A stretch of 64,000 bases of DNA from a virus, in IMG/VR virus record IMGVR_UViG_3300028840_006907, positions 288,001 through 352,000 of that record; one strand, 5' to 3'. The notes beneath the pieces were generated by a model. The model was not told the origin of the DNA and ran no database searches. It saw only the letters and a program-made list of their open reading frames with translations. Both the position numbers and the translations under genes were made by a program. Shown here one piece after another: positions 19,719-28,485 of this stretch. Each line of letters opens with the position of its first letter. Position 1 is the first letter of the stretch.

Positions 19719-20374
19719 AAAATTATGGCTATGCTGATATGAGTGAAAAAGAAAAATTATCTAAAGAACAAGTATTAGAATTTTGGAAAAATCCTATAAA
19801 CGATAATACTAATAAAAATGAGAACAATGATCCTGAGCATTATTTGAGTGGGGAAAAACGTAGCCGATATCTCGTTGAATTAATTAAAAGGCATTTACAT
19901 AAAGAAGCAAAAATATTAGAGATTGGTTGTAATGTCGGGAGGAATTTGCATTATCTATATGAAACAGGTTATAACAATTTAAATGGGATAGAAATTAATG
20001 ATAATGCTGTTCAAGTGATGCATAAAAATTATCCCGAATTATATGGAAGTGTAGGAATTTATAATTGTCCGGTTGAATCTATTATTACATCTTTTTCCGA
20101 TGAAGCCTATGACTTGGTCTTTACAATGGCTGTTTTAGAGCACATTCATTATGAGAGTGATTTCATTTTCTCTGAGATAGCTCGGGTAGCCAAAAGATGT
20201 ATAATTACAATTGAAGATGAAAAAACTACCTGGAGTAACAGACATTTTCCTCGTAATTATAAGGAGGTGTTTGAGAAGATCGGGAATTGGGTACAGATTT
20301 ATGATATGAATTGTGGTGGGATTAATATACTTGATGATCGATTTTGGGTAAGGGTATTTAAAAAGAATGTCTAA
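19715..20374 (+). CDS. class I SAM-dependent methyltransferase
   Basis: Motif I ILEIGCNVGRN, motif post-I/II region; overlapping start. Confidence 0.6.
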   Translation: MKNYGYADMSEKEKLSKEQVLEFWKNPINDNTNKNENNDPEHYLSGEKRSRYLVELIKRHLHKEAKILEIGCNVGRNLHYLYETGYNNLNGIEINDNAVQVMHKNYPELYGSVGIYNCPVESIITSFSDEAYDLVFTMAVLEHIHYESDFIFSEIARVAKRCIITIEDEKTTWSNRHFPRNYKEVFEKIGNWVQIYDMNCGGINILDDRFWVRVFKKNV

Positions 20375-21158
20375 ACGAATAGTGTTAGTCAGAAATATGG
20401 GAAACAGTGGCGGTGCCTGGTTAATGAAGGTATTTAATATGCATGAAAACATATTAATGTTTCAGGAATTAAACCAGATACTGAGGTTAAGATATGATTA
20501 TTCGGATATAAATAAGAAGAATCTAAATTACCCTCATGTTGACTATGATGTAAAAATAGCTCAACGGAGTCGTGATCTTAAAGGATTTTTATTTAATAGT
20601 AGAACTCAGTGTCATATAGCAACTAGTTTTCTTTTATATCAATATGATATTAGAAAAGAAGATGCGATTGGGTTAATAAAATGTTTTGATCATGAATCTA
20701 TAAGAGAATGTAGAGTAAAATGTCCTTCTGTTAAAGTTGTACAAGTTTTAAGAAATCCTATTGGTATAATAGATTTTTATATGAGTCAGGAAAATTTAAG
20801 GCAAATAGCCCATCATGATCCATATGAAATATCTTTTAAAAAACATGTGGATTTCTTTCATAATAAATTTATAGATTTTTGGGAAAATAATGAAAAAAAA
20901 GGTGAGAAAATTATACGACTAGAAGATTTGAATATATCATTGAAAGATGGAAATCCTTTCTTAAAAGACACTATGGAAGATTTATTTGAAGTTAATTTCT
21001 CAAATGAATTTATTGAAAAAATCAAACAAAATTTAGGTTATGGGAATGAAGGTAACCAGAATAAAGAGATATGGCAAAACTGGGAAGGATGGAAAAAAGA
21101 ATATTTCAAGAAATATTTCGAAAATCTAATGATGAATCTTGGCTATGAATTGAGGTGA
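20367..21158 (+). CDS. sulfotransferase-like protein (paralogue of 16446-17141)
   Basis: MGNSGGAWL and VLRNPIGIIDFY (resembles SULT 3'-PB RNPKD region); shared C-terminal W..W.GWKK.YF motif with paralogue. Confidence 0.4.
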   Translation: MSKRIVLVRNMGNSGGAWLMKVFNMHENILMFQELNQILRLRYDYSDINKKNLNYPHVDYDVKIAQRSRDLKGFLFNSRTQCHIATSFLLYQYDIRKEDAIGLIKCFDHESIRECRVKCPSVKVVQVLRNPIGIIDFYMSQENLRQIAHHDPYEISFKKHVDFFHNKFIDFWENNEKKGEKIIRLEDLNISLKDGNPFLKDTMEDLFEVNFSNEFIEKIKQNLGYGNEGNQNKEIWQNWEGWKKEYFKKYFENLMMNLGYELR

Positions 21159-21161
21159 TAA

Positions 21162-21737
21162 ATGAATTTATTTGAATCTGCGTACTATACTGAAGAGGAT
21201 CTGAGAAAAGGCGGTTTTAAAAGTGTCGGTAAAAATGTTCAGATTGATAAAAGTTGCACGATAATAGGCTTAGATAAAATCACTCTAGGAGATAATGTTC
21301 GAATCGATGGTTACTGTTGTATTATTGCCACAAAAGAGGAAGTGATTTTCGGTTCTTATATTCATATAGGTTCGTTTTGTCATCTCTGTGGAACTGCAGG
21401 TCTTATAATGAAAGATTTTTCAGGTTTGTCACAAGGAGTTCGAATTTACTCCTCTTCTGATGATTATTCAGGAAAGTTTTTAACTAATCCAACTGTTCCC
21501 GATAAATACACAGGTATAATAAGAGAACCAGTTATTATAGGTAAACATGTTATAATCGGGGCTAATACTGTTATTCTTCCAGGAGTTGTTATAGGTGATG
21601 GGTCAGCTATTGGTGCCATGTCCCTTGTAACAAAAGACGTAGATAAAAATAGTGTCTATGCAGGTTGTCCAGCGAAATTTATAAAAACACGTTCAAAAAG
21701 AATATTTGATTTAGAGAAGAGGTTATTAAATGAATAA
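21162..21737 (+). CDS. hexapeptide-repeat (LbH) acetyltransferase
   Basis: Left-handed beta-helix repeats IGANTVILPGVVIGDGSAIGAMSLV. Confidence 0.75.
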   Translation: MNLFESAYYTEEDLRKGGFKSVGKNVQIDKSCTIIGLDKITLGDNVRIDGYCCIIATKEEVIFGSYIHIGSFCHLCGTAGLIMKDFSGLSQGVRIYSSSDDYSGKFLTNPTVPDKYTGIIREPVIIGKHVIIGANTVILPGVVIGDGSAIGAMSLVTKDVDKNSVYAGCPAKFIKTRSKRIFDLEKRLLNE

Positions 21738-22443
21738 ATCAATTTTCATATGTTCAGGAGGTCGATGTGGTACACATTGGGTTCGGCCTATTCTTGCTCA
21801 GCTTTTAGATTTACAAACTGGGTTTGATTGGAAAGGATATAATCCAAATAAAATTCCCTTTAAAACAGAACCTGGAGCTATTTGGAAAATAAAGATGGTA
21901 GAAAAGAGAGAGCCAGGAGGAAGGATTTATTCAGGGCATATGCCAATTACAGAACTTCTACCTATTATCAGTTTAGTAAATATAATAATTCTTATAAGAG
22001 ATCCTAGAGATATGTGTGTTTCGGCTGCATATTATACTCCAGAAAGAAGAGTATTAACTCAAGAAGAATTTGAATCTAAATTTAATAATTTATTAATACA
22101 AGGAAGCCCGAATCCTGATTTTCATGAATCTTATATAGAAAGTAAGAATAAAATACCTCATTTTTTATTAAAATATGAAGATATGATTCATGATGATTAT
22201 GGCTCAATAGTTAAATTTTTAAATAATTCAGGTTATAAATTTGAAGAAGAAAAATTAAAATATGTACTTGATAAAAACTCATTCAAGAATTTATCAGGTG
22301 GACGAGAAGCCGGTGAGGAGGATAATACCGCTTTTTATAGAAAAGGTATTGTGGGTGATTGGGTAAATTATCTCTCTAATGGTTTACTTGAACAATATAC
22401 CGATAGGCATAAAACTTTGTTGGAAGAATGGGGGTATATGTAA
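21730..22443 (+). CDS. sulfotransferase
   Basis: 5'-PSB-like SGGRCGTHW, 3'-PB RDPRD, and C-terminal RKGIVGDWVN matching RKGxxGDWKN. Confidence 0.75.
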   Translation: MNKSIFICSGGRCGTHWVRPILAQLLDLQTGFDWKGYNPNKIPFKTEPGAIWKIKMVEKREPGGRIYSGHMPITELLPIISLVNIIILIRDPRDMCVSAAYYTPERRVLTQEEFESKFNNLLIQGSPNPDFHESYIESKNKIPHFLLKYEDMIHDDYGSIVKFLNNSGYKFEEEKLKYVLDKNSFKNLSGGREAGEEDNTAFYRKGIVGDWVNYLSNGLLEQYTDRHKTLLEEWGYM

Positions 22444-22444
22444 T

Positions 22445-23116
22445 ATGGAAGATTATTTTGAACAAATGGTAACAGTTTTTAAAAAGTACTTTAAAGAGTA
22501 TTATCGTAATGTATTCACAAATCAATCAGTGGAAACCTGTACAGGTATTTATAATCTTTGTAAAAAAGAAAATCCAGATCAAGTAGTGGAAATGGGAACC
22601 AATCATGGGGCTTCTACTCTTTCTATAGTAAAAGCACTGACTGATTTAGGGAAAGATTTGTCTATTATTACTTCAATTGATTTAGACCACGAGAAATGGA
22701 AGGCAACATTTAATATACAAAAAGAATTGATTAAAAAGTATGATTTAAATTTAGGAAAAGTAAAATTAATAACTCAAGATTTTAATTCAGTAGATCCTGT
22801 AGAAATAATTGACCCTGAAAAGAAAGTATTTATTTTTTATGATATGCATGATCATCGAGGCCCATGGTCACAGAGACTACTTGATTTATGGGTACCTTTA
22901 GTTAAGAATGGTGTCTTCTCTATTCATGATGTAACTCCTGTAAGTGAATCCTTTGAAATAGTTCAGGATAAAATTTCCCCTCGAACAAAGATACAGTATA
23001 AGAGTGGGCAGTATTTTGCAGGTTTCAATGAATGTTTTCGAATAATAAAATGGGCAAATACAAATAACATAAATATAGAGATATTTCCAGGAGGAGTATA
23101 TTTCAGAAATGGCTAA
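22445..23116 (+). CDS. putative class I methyltransferase (CmcI/TylF-like)
   Basis: ATG right after upstream stop; VVEMGTNHGAST resembles CmcI-type SAM-binding; weak. Confidence 0.35.
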   Translation: MEDYFEQMVTVFKKYFKEYYRNVFTNQSVETCTGIYNLCKKENPDQVVEMGTNHGASTLSIVKALTDLGKDLSIITSIDLDHEKWKATFNIQKELIKKYDLNLGKVKLITQDFNSVDPVEIIDPEKKVFIFYDMHDHRGPWSQRLLDLWVPLVKNGVFSIHDVTPVSESFEIVQDKISPRTKIQYKSGQYFAGFNECFRIIKWANTNNINIEIFPGGVYFRNG

Positions 23117-23795
23117 CATTTTTATTGGAAAAAATATGTCAAATATAAAAAATATTCCTGGTTTAAATAAAATAACAAAGATACATGATGTGGCTGATTA
23201 TGTGAGATTAGCTGATTTTGTCTATAAAACAATTTCCCATTCTATGGATAGTGGGATTGATTTAGATTATTCTGTTAATCAATTGTATTGGCAATTTGTG
23301 AATAAAAAGAGATTTGGATGGTGCTATATGCATGCTCTGTATTATCATCTTATAGTACAAGAATATGGTCGTGAATCTTTTGTTTATGATTATGGCTTAC
23401 CAGCGCCACAATTAACTCATAGTGTTGTTGTAGTAACTTTACGTGATGATAAGTATTTAATTGATCCTTATTTTAATCGTTATTATGTAACAGAAAAAGG
23501 GAATCCGTATACATTTCCTGACTTATTGGCTATGATAAAAACTGATCCAACAAAAATTTATAGTAAATATGGACCTGGTTTGAAAGAAGTTAAACAGGGA
23601 GATAAATATATAGAAACTTCTCCTGAACAATTTGAAAAAGGAGTATTGGAATCGTGGCGAGTAAATCAGAATTATGATAAAATAATGATGGAAAAATTTA
23701 ATAGCACAAATGCATTATTATTAATGCATTGTAAAGTACAAAAAGCTAAAGTATGTAAAAAAATAGATGGGACAAAGTATTTTGACTTTTTCTAA
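23109..23795 (+). CDS. hypothetical protein
   Basis: ORF in operon context; no motif recognised. Confidence 0.5.
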   Translation: MANIFIGKNMSNIKNIPGLNKITKIHDVADYVRLADFVYKTISHSMDSGIDLDYSVNQLYWQFVNKKRFGWCYMHALYYHLIVQEYGRESFVYDYGLPAPQLTHSVVVVTLRDDKYLIDPYFNRYYVTEKGNPYTFPDLLAMIKTDPTKIYSKYGPGLKEVKQGDKYIETSPEQFEKGVLESWRVNQNYDKIMMEKFNSTNALLLMHCKVQKAKVCKKIDGTKYFDFF

Positions 23796-24570
23796 TGTTA
23801 TATCCTTTATCAGTGCATTTAAAAAGTTTAAACCTCCTTATGGTATGATACAGCATTCTGCTATGTATTCATGGAATGCTAATAATATTGAAGTATTTGT
23901 TCCAGATAATGAGGTTGGAGTTAAAGATGCTTGTCAGAGTTATCCTAATATTAAATTAATCCCCGATGTTAAACGGGCTCGGGAAATGGGCTTTTCAAAT
24001 CAGTCTCCTATGGTAAAAGATCTGATTGCAAAAGCTCTACCTTTAATCAATACTCCGATGGTAGCTTTAATTAATTCAGACATTATAATTCAACCTGATT
24101 TTATAGAAAGAATAGAAAAAATACTGAAAGAATACGGTTTTGATATTTATATGGTGGGAACTCGATTTGATATTAAATTGGATATTCATATAAGTTCGGA
24201 AGAGACATATAAACAGGTATTGAGTTCAGAACGAAAAAGTTATGATGGCAGTACTTCTTCAGATATATTTATAGCTTCTAAATTTACCTGGAGGAAGATA
24301 GTTCATGAAATGCCTGATTTTATTCTAGGTCGGTATGGGTGGGATAATTGGTTACATATGATTGCAGAACTTAAAGGATATCGTAAATTTAATTGTACAG
24401 ATGCTTTGACTATTCTTCATTGTGAGCATGATCATAAGCATATAGTTCTTCAGGAAAAGGCTGAAAAACAAAGTGCTCCAAGTTCACAGCATAATTTAAA
24501 GTTATGGAATGAAGTAAAAAATGTTTATGGGACGACCAGGATAAATGCATGGCCAAAAATTGAAATATAA
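23767..24570 (+). CDS. hypothetical protein
   Basis: ORF in operon context; start uncertain. Confidence 0.5.
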   Translation: MGQSILTFSNVISFISAFKKFKPPYGMIQHSAMYSWNANNIEVFVPDNEVGVKDACQSYPNIKLIPDVKRAREMGFSNQSPMVKDLIAKALPLINTPMVALINSDIIIQPDFIERIEKILKEYGFDIYMVGTRFDIKLDIHISSEETYKQVLSSERKSYDGSTSSDIFIASKFTWRKIVHEMPDFILGRYGWDNWLHMIAELKGYRKFNCTDALTILHCEHDHKHIVLQEKAEKQSAPSSQHNLKLWNEVKNVYGTTRINAWPKIEI

Positions 24571-24661
24571 TAGGGGTAAAGAAGTTTCTCTACCCCTACA
24601 TGCACATTTTAACCACAATCCCATCTTATGGCTAAAAATATAATAAAAGGATGATACAAGA

Positions 24662-25480
24662 ATGAACCTTCTTCAGAGAGTAAAAAAATATTGGGATGAT
24701 AGACCCTGTAATATACGCCATTCAAAGGAACCCGTTGGAACCAGAAATTATTTCAATGAGGTTGAATATAAAAAATATAAAGTTGAACCGCATATATCAG
24801 GTTTCGCTGATTTTAATAAATGGAAGGATAAAAAGGTCCTTGAGATAGGCTGTGGGCTGGGCACTGAGACTATAAATTTTGCTAGAGCTGGTGCTAGGGT
24901 TGTCGCTGTGGATATGTCTGAGAAATCTTTGGAGCTGGCTAAGAAACGAGCGGAAGTTTTTGGCTTGTCCGATAAGATTACATTTTATCAGGGAAATGCT
25001 GAAGAACTTGATAAATTTATCCCAGCTCAGAAATTTGATCTTATCTGGTCTTTTGGTGTTATTCATCATACCCCGAATCCTGAGAACGTTATTGAATGTA
25101 TCAAGAAGTACCTGTCTCCAAGCAGTGAATTACGAATGATGGTTTATAATAAATTTAGTTGGAAAGTATTCTGGATCCTTTTTAAGTACGGGAAGTTTAA
25201 GTTTTGGGATATTGATAAATTCATAGCTCAAAATTCAGAAGCTCAGACCGGGTGCCCAATCACCTACACTTATACAAATAAATCAGTTCAAAAATTACTA
25301 AAAGGGTTTGTAATCGATAATATTAAAATTGAGCATATTTTTCCTTATAAAATTCGTGAATATAAGGAGAATAAATTCAAATTTATCTGGTATTTTAGAT
25401 ACCTGCCCAAATGGTTTTTTCATTGGTTAGAAAAGAGAATCGGTTGGCATATGTGCATAATCGCCAGATGGAGAATTTAG
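24662..25480 (+). CDS. class I SAM-dependent methyltransferase
   Basis: VLEIGCGLGTETINFARAGARVVAVDMSE motif I/II; RBS AAGGA upstream. Confidence 0.8.
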   Translation: MNLLQRVKKYWDDRPCNIRHSKEPVGTRNYFNEVEYKKYKVEPHISGFADFNKWKDKKVLEIGCGLGTETINFARAGARVVAVDMSEKSLELAKKRAEVFGLSDKITFYQGNAEELDKFIPAQKFDLIWSFGVIHHTPNPENVIECIKKYLSPSSELRMMVYNKFSWKVFWILFKYGKFKFWDIDKFIAQNSEAQTGCPITYTYTNKSVQKLLKGFVIDNIKIEHIFPYKIREYKENKFKFIWYFRYLPKWFFHWLEKRIGWHMCIIARWRI

Positions 25481-25487
25481 GGGTGGC

Positions 25488-25565
25488 CAGCCCCGCGTAG
25501 GCGGGGAAAAGGGATACGATAAGAAAAAATCTGCTCTGTGGAACAGCCCCACGAAAGTGGGGAAT
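25488..25565 (-). repeat. two reverse-orientation copies of the CRISPR-like hairpin repeat (mini-array) in a convergent intergenic region
   Basis: Minus-strand reading gives ATTCCCCACTTTCGTGGGGCTG and TTTCCCCGCCTACGCGGGGCTG about 56 bp apart, matching the 51417-52310 unit consensus; bracketed by GGGTGGC/GCCACCC. Confidence 0.5.
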
Positions 25566-25631
25566 AATGCCACCCATTTTAAAAGATAGTATTGGGTGGT
25601 CTTTTAAATCAACTCTAAATTTTCCAGGAGT

Positions 25632-26096
25632 TTACAACCAGTCATCTTCTTTTCGGATAGATATTTTAGATAAAGTATCATTGTTAAGAAAAAGAGTTAC
25701 AATATAACGAACCCATTGATCATCATAATACCCAAATTCTTGTATTTCACTATTATCTGGAAATGAATCTACTATAACACTAGGTCCATAAACTTTCAGG
25801 ATTTTTCTTTTTGACATTCCAATCTTTAAATTTTGAAATTTACCTTCTTTAATTTCGATGTTATATAATCGGTGAGCAAAGATGTAACAAACCATATTCG
25901 GATAGTGCATATAAAGATCACTTTTAATAGTATCAATTTTTATAGGTTCTCCGAATTTTTCTATAACATCTTTAACAGTAAGGTCTTTTCGAAGATCGAA
26001 ATCAGGTCCGAATGGGAAGACACCGCAACTGTCGATTGAACGACTGAAGCATAAACTTACAAAAAGTATGATTGATATTAAAGTTTTCATATTCAC
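25632..26096 (-). CDS. secreted hypothetical protein
   Basis: N-terminal signal-peptide-like segment MNMKTLISIILFVSLCFS. Confidence 0.55.
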   Translation of the reverse strand: MNMKTLISIILFVSLCFSRSIDSCGVFPFGPDFDLRKDLTVKDVIEKFGEPIKIDTIKSDLYMHYPNMVCYIFAHRLYNIEIKEGKFQNLKIGMSKRKILKVYGPSVIVDSFPDNSEIQEFGYYDDQWVRYIVTLFLNNDTLSKISIRKEDDWL

Positions 26097-26195
26097 TCCT
26101 CTCTATATATTATACCAGTCAAATAGCCATTTTATACCAAAAAAAATTGTAATAATCTTTTAATTGCGATGTAACGTAATGAAAAGGGGTAAATT

Positions 26196-26963
26196 ATGAT
26201 AGATGCGAAAAGAGTCGTTTTTTCATACTTAAATTTAAAAGTTGCCAAAGATATGACACCAGAAGAGGCAAAGAAAATAGTGGATAAAATGCCTCCAGGA
26301 AGATTTGATAAAATTAAAAAATTGTTACAGCCTTTTGCTAGATTGTTTAAAAAATCTTTTAATGTAAGAGATGCTGGTGTCCTTGATACTTTAGGAAAAT
26401 TAAGTAGGGCTAAGGGAATTCCTCTTGTTGAATTGTTAGCAGTAGCTTCTATCATGTTTGGTGCTACTGTTCCGTCTTATGCTGACACTGCTAAAGAAAA
26501 AGCTCCAATAGTTCAAGTAAAAGAGAAAAGGCCCATTTCTGAGGTAAGAGCGGATCTAGAAAAAGTTTTTGAATTACCAAAAGGTTTAATGACTCTTGTA
26601 AAAGTTACTCCTCAATTAGCAATAAATTTAAAAGGTATAGATGGATTTGTAGAGACCGTGGGTAAAAATCTCGATAAGAGTATAACTCCTGAAGTTTCAG
26701 TATTGTTAAATCAAGTCCCAGATAATCAATGGCCTGAATTATTGTCTGGTTTAGTAATGCAGAAAATTCAAGAAGATGATAAAGTTGATAAGAAATTTAA
26801 AAAGTTTATTAAACACCATAAAACTAGCCCTCAAAATATGAAAAAAGAGATAGCAAAAGTTGTCTCACAAGAGAAATCTGGCATTCAAAAATTTGTTGAT
26901 AAAGGCATGGCTGAGAAGGGCCTAGCTAAAAAAGCCCATGAAAGAGGCTATTTAATTTCATAA
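26196..26963 (+). CDS. hypothetical protein
   Basis: RBS-like GGGG upstream; Lys-rich protein-like composition; preferred over overlapping antisense ORF 26132-26455. Confidence 0.5.
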   Translation: MIDAKRVVFSYLNLKVAKDMTPEEAKKIVDKMPPGRFDKIKKLLQPFARLFKKSFNVRDAGVLDTLGKLSRAKGIPLVELLAVASIMFGATVPSYADTAKEKAPIVQVKEKRPISEVRADLEKVFELPKGLMTLVKVTPQLAINLKGIDGFVETVGKNLDKSITPEVSVLLNQVPDNQWPELLSGLVMQKIQEDDKVDKKFKKFIKHHKTSPQNMKKEIAKVVSQEKSGIQKFVDKGMAEKGLAKKAHERGYLIS

Positions 26964-27496
26964 ATAGCTGTCTTTGTAGTTTTCATACCGAAAAGTTTAA
27001 ATGGATATTTCCCTAAAAACAATTCTATTGCATCTTGGTATACGTATTCTACAGGATTTTGAAGAATTATAATTCCTCCTTTTCTCACTTTTGGAACAGC
27101 CTCTTTGATACAAGAAGATCTTGATCTACCATTTATGAAAATGATATCAAAAGAATGATCAGCAAAGTTATTTATATAATTTACATAGTCTCTAAAATTC
27201 TTATATAAATAAGCCGGTACAGTACTTCCGAAGCTCTCATGGCTGTAAGGAAAGGGTTTAGGGTCATCGATAGGTTCTATTAATTCATAAGTAAAATTTC
27301 CTTTATTAGGTCCTATCTGTTTTTTTAATGTCTCATATGTTTCTCTGTCATGTTCCACTGATACTACAGCTTTAACAGTTCTTCTGAAATAAATAGTAGA
27401 ATCTCCTGATCCATATTCAAAAGTGATCATGTCATATTCAATGAAACTTTTTAACCAGTCTATAGCTTCAGGTTCAATTGGGGGGTAAACTTCCAT
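26948..27496 (-). CDS. putative class I methyltransferase-like protein
   Basis: EYGSGDSTIYF (motif I-like) and FDIIFINGRS; weak. Confidence 0.4.
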   Translation of the reverse strand: MEVYPPIEPEAIDWLKSFIEYDMITFEYGSGDSTIYFRRTVKAVVSVEHDRETYETLKKQIGPNKGNFTYELIEPIDDPKPFPYSHESFGSTVPAYLYKNFRDYVNYINNFADHSFDIIFINGRSRSSCIKEAVPKVRKGGIIILQNPVEYVYQDAIELFLGKYPFKLFGMKTTKTAIYEIK

Positions 27497-27856
27497 TTAT
27501 TCTTCCTCTATTCTTTTTAGTCCAATATTTCCAAGTTCTTCATCATTAAGTTTTTCTAATTTTATATGTTCATTCATGATAATTACATAAAATGGAATAT
27601 CAATAGATGATTGAAAGATGTCAATTAAATCTTGTGCTTGTGCCTCGGTAACAGGCATTTTAGGTCTTATAATGACAAGATCATCTTCTTTCAATTGTAA
27701 CTTTTCTAATTGGTAATTTATAACGATGTTTTCTACATATTGTTCAGCTACCTCTTTTGGATTGTGGCTCAAAGTATATCCGCATTTGTCACATTTGCCT
27801 GTATAAAAATCGATAGCTTCATCTCTACATTCAGGGCATTCTATTTTTTTATCCAT
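27497..27856 (-). CDS. zinc-ribbon hypothetical protein
   Basis: CPECRDEAIDFYTGKCDKCG Cys4 cluster. Confidence 0.5.
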   Translation of the reverse strand: MDKKIECPECRDEAIDFYTGKCDKCGYTLSHNPKEVAEQYVENIVINYQLEKLQLKEDDLVIIRPKMPVTEAQAQDLIDIFQSSIDIPFYVIIMNEHIKLEKLNDEELGNIGLKRIEEE

Positions 27857-27858
27857 TT

Positions 27859-28485
27859 CTAAAATTTCCTTTCTACAGTATCTTTGAATTTAATCATTTT
27901 CCCAGTTCCGGTTCCTATGTGAGGAAAAGGAGTTTCAAATTCATATTTAATGACACATTTTGGCCAAGTCATGGTTGATTTTCCTCTTCTTTGTACTTTT
28001 GTTGTTGTCACACTTCTATTGTTATCTTCTATAATGAATGTGCAAGGTAAATCCCAACCATCTACATAACGAACAGCTTCATAAAAATGTCCTTCATCTT
28101 CAGCTCCATCTCCAATAAAACACCATACTTTATTTTTGCTTTTCTCCATTTTTAAAGATAAGGCTATTCCGGTAGCTATAGAAGCGGTTCCTGCTAGTAT
28201 AGAAGATGACAGGAAATTTAATTTTTTATCGAAGACATGCATTGAATCCCCGTTTAATAATATCTTTTCAAGATCTTTTTCATTTCCTCCTGCTAGTAAA
28301 TAATGGTAGTGGGATCGATGGGTAGAAAGAATATAATCTCCTTCATTAACTTTTTTGAATATTTCAATAATTTGATCTTCATTTCCTCCATTTAAATATA
28401 TCAAATAAGGAAGAAGCCCTTCTTCAAAGAGTTCAATTACTCTCTTTTCAAAAGAGATAAGTTCATTTTTTGTTTTATTAAACAT
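27859..28485 (-). CDS. thiamine-diphosphate-dependent enzyme, transketolase N-terminal / E1-alpha-like subunit
   Basis: TPP-binding motif GDGAEDEGHFYEA and upstream STHRSH; short split subunit. Confidence 0.55.
   Translation of the reverse strand: MFNKTKNELISFEKRVIELFEEGLLPYLIYLNGGNEDQIIEIFKKVNEGDYILSTHRSHYHYLLAGGNEKDLEKILLNGDSMHVFDKKLNFLSSSILAGTASIATGIALSLKMEKSKNKVWCFIGDGAEDEGHFYEAVRYVDGWDLPCTFIIEDNNRSVTTTKVQRRGKSTMTWPKCVIKYEFETPFPHIGTGTGKMIKFKDTVERKF

Noticed and set aside
26132-26455. Minus-strand ORF 26132-26455
   Set aside because: Overlaps the better-supported plus-strand gene 26196-26963 and has a hydrophobic low-complexity translation.
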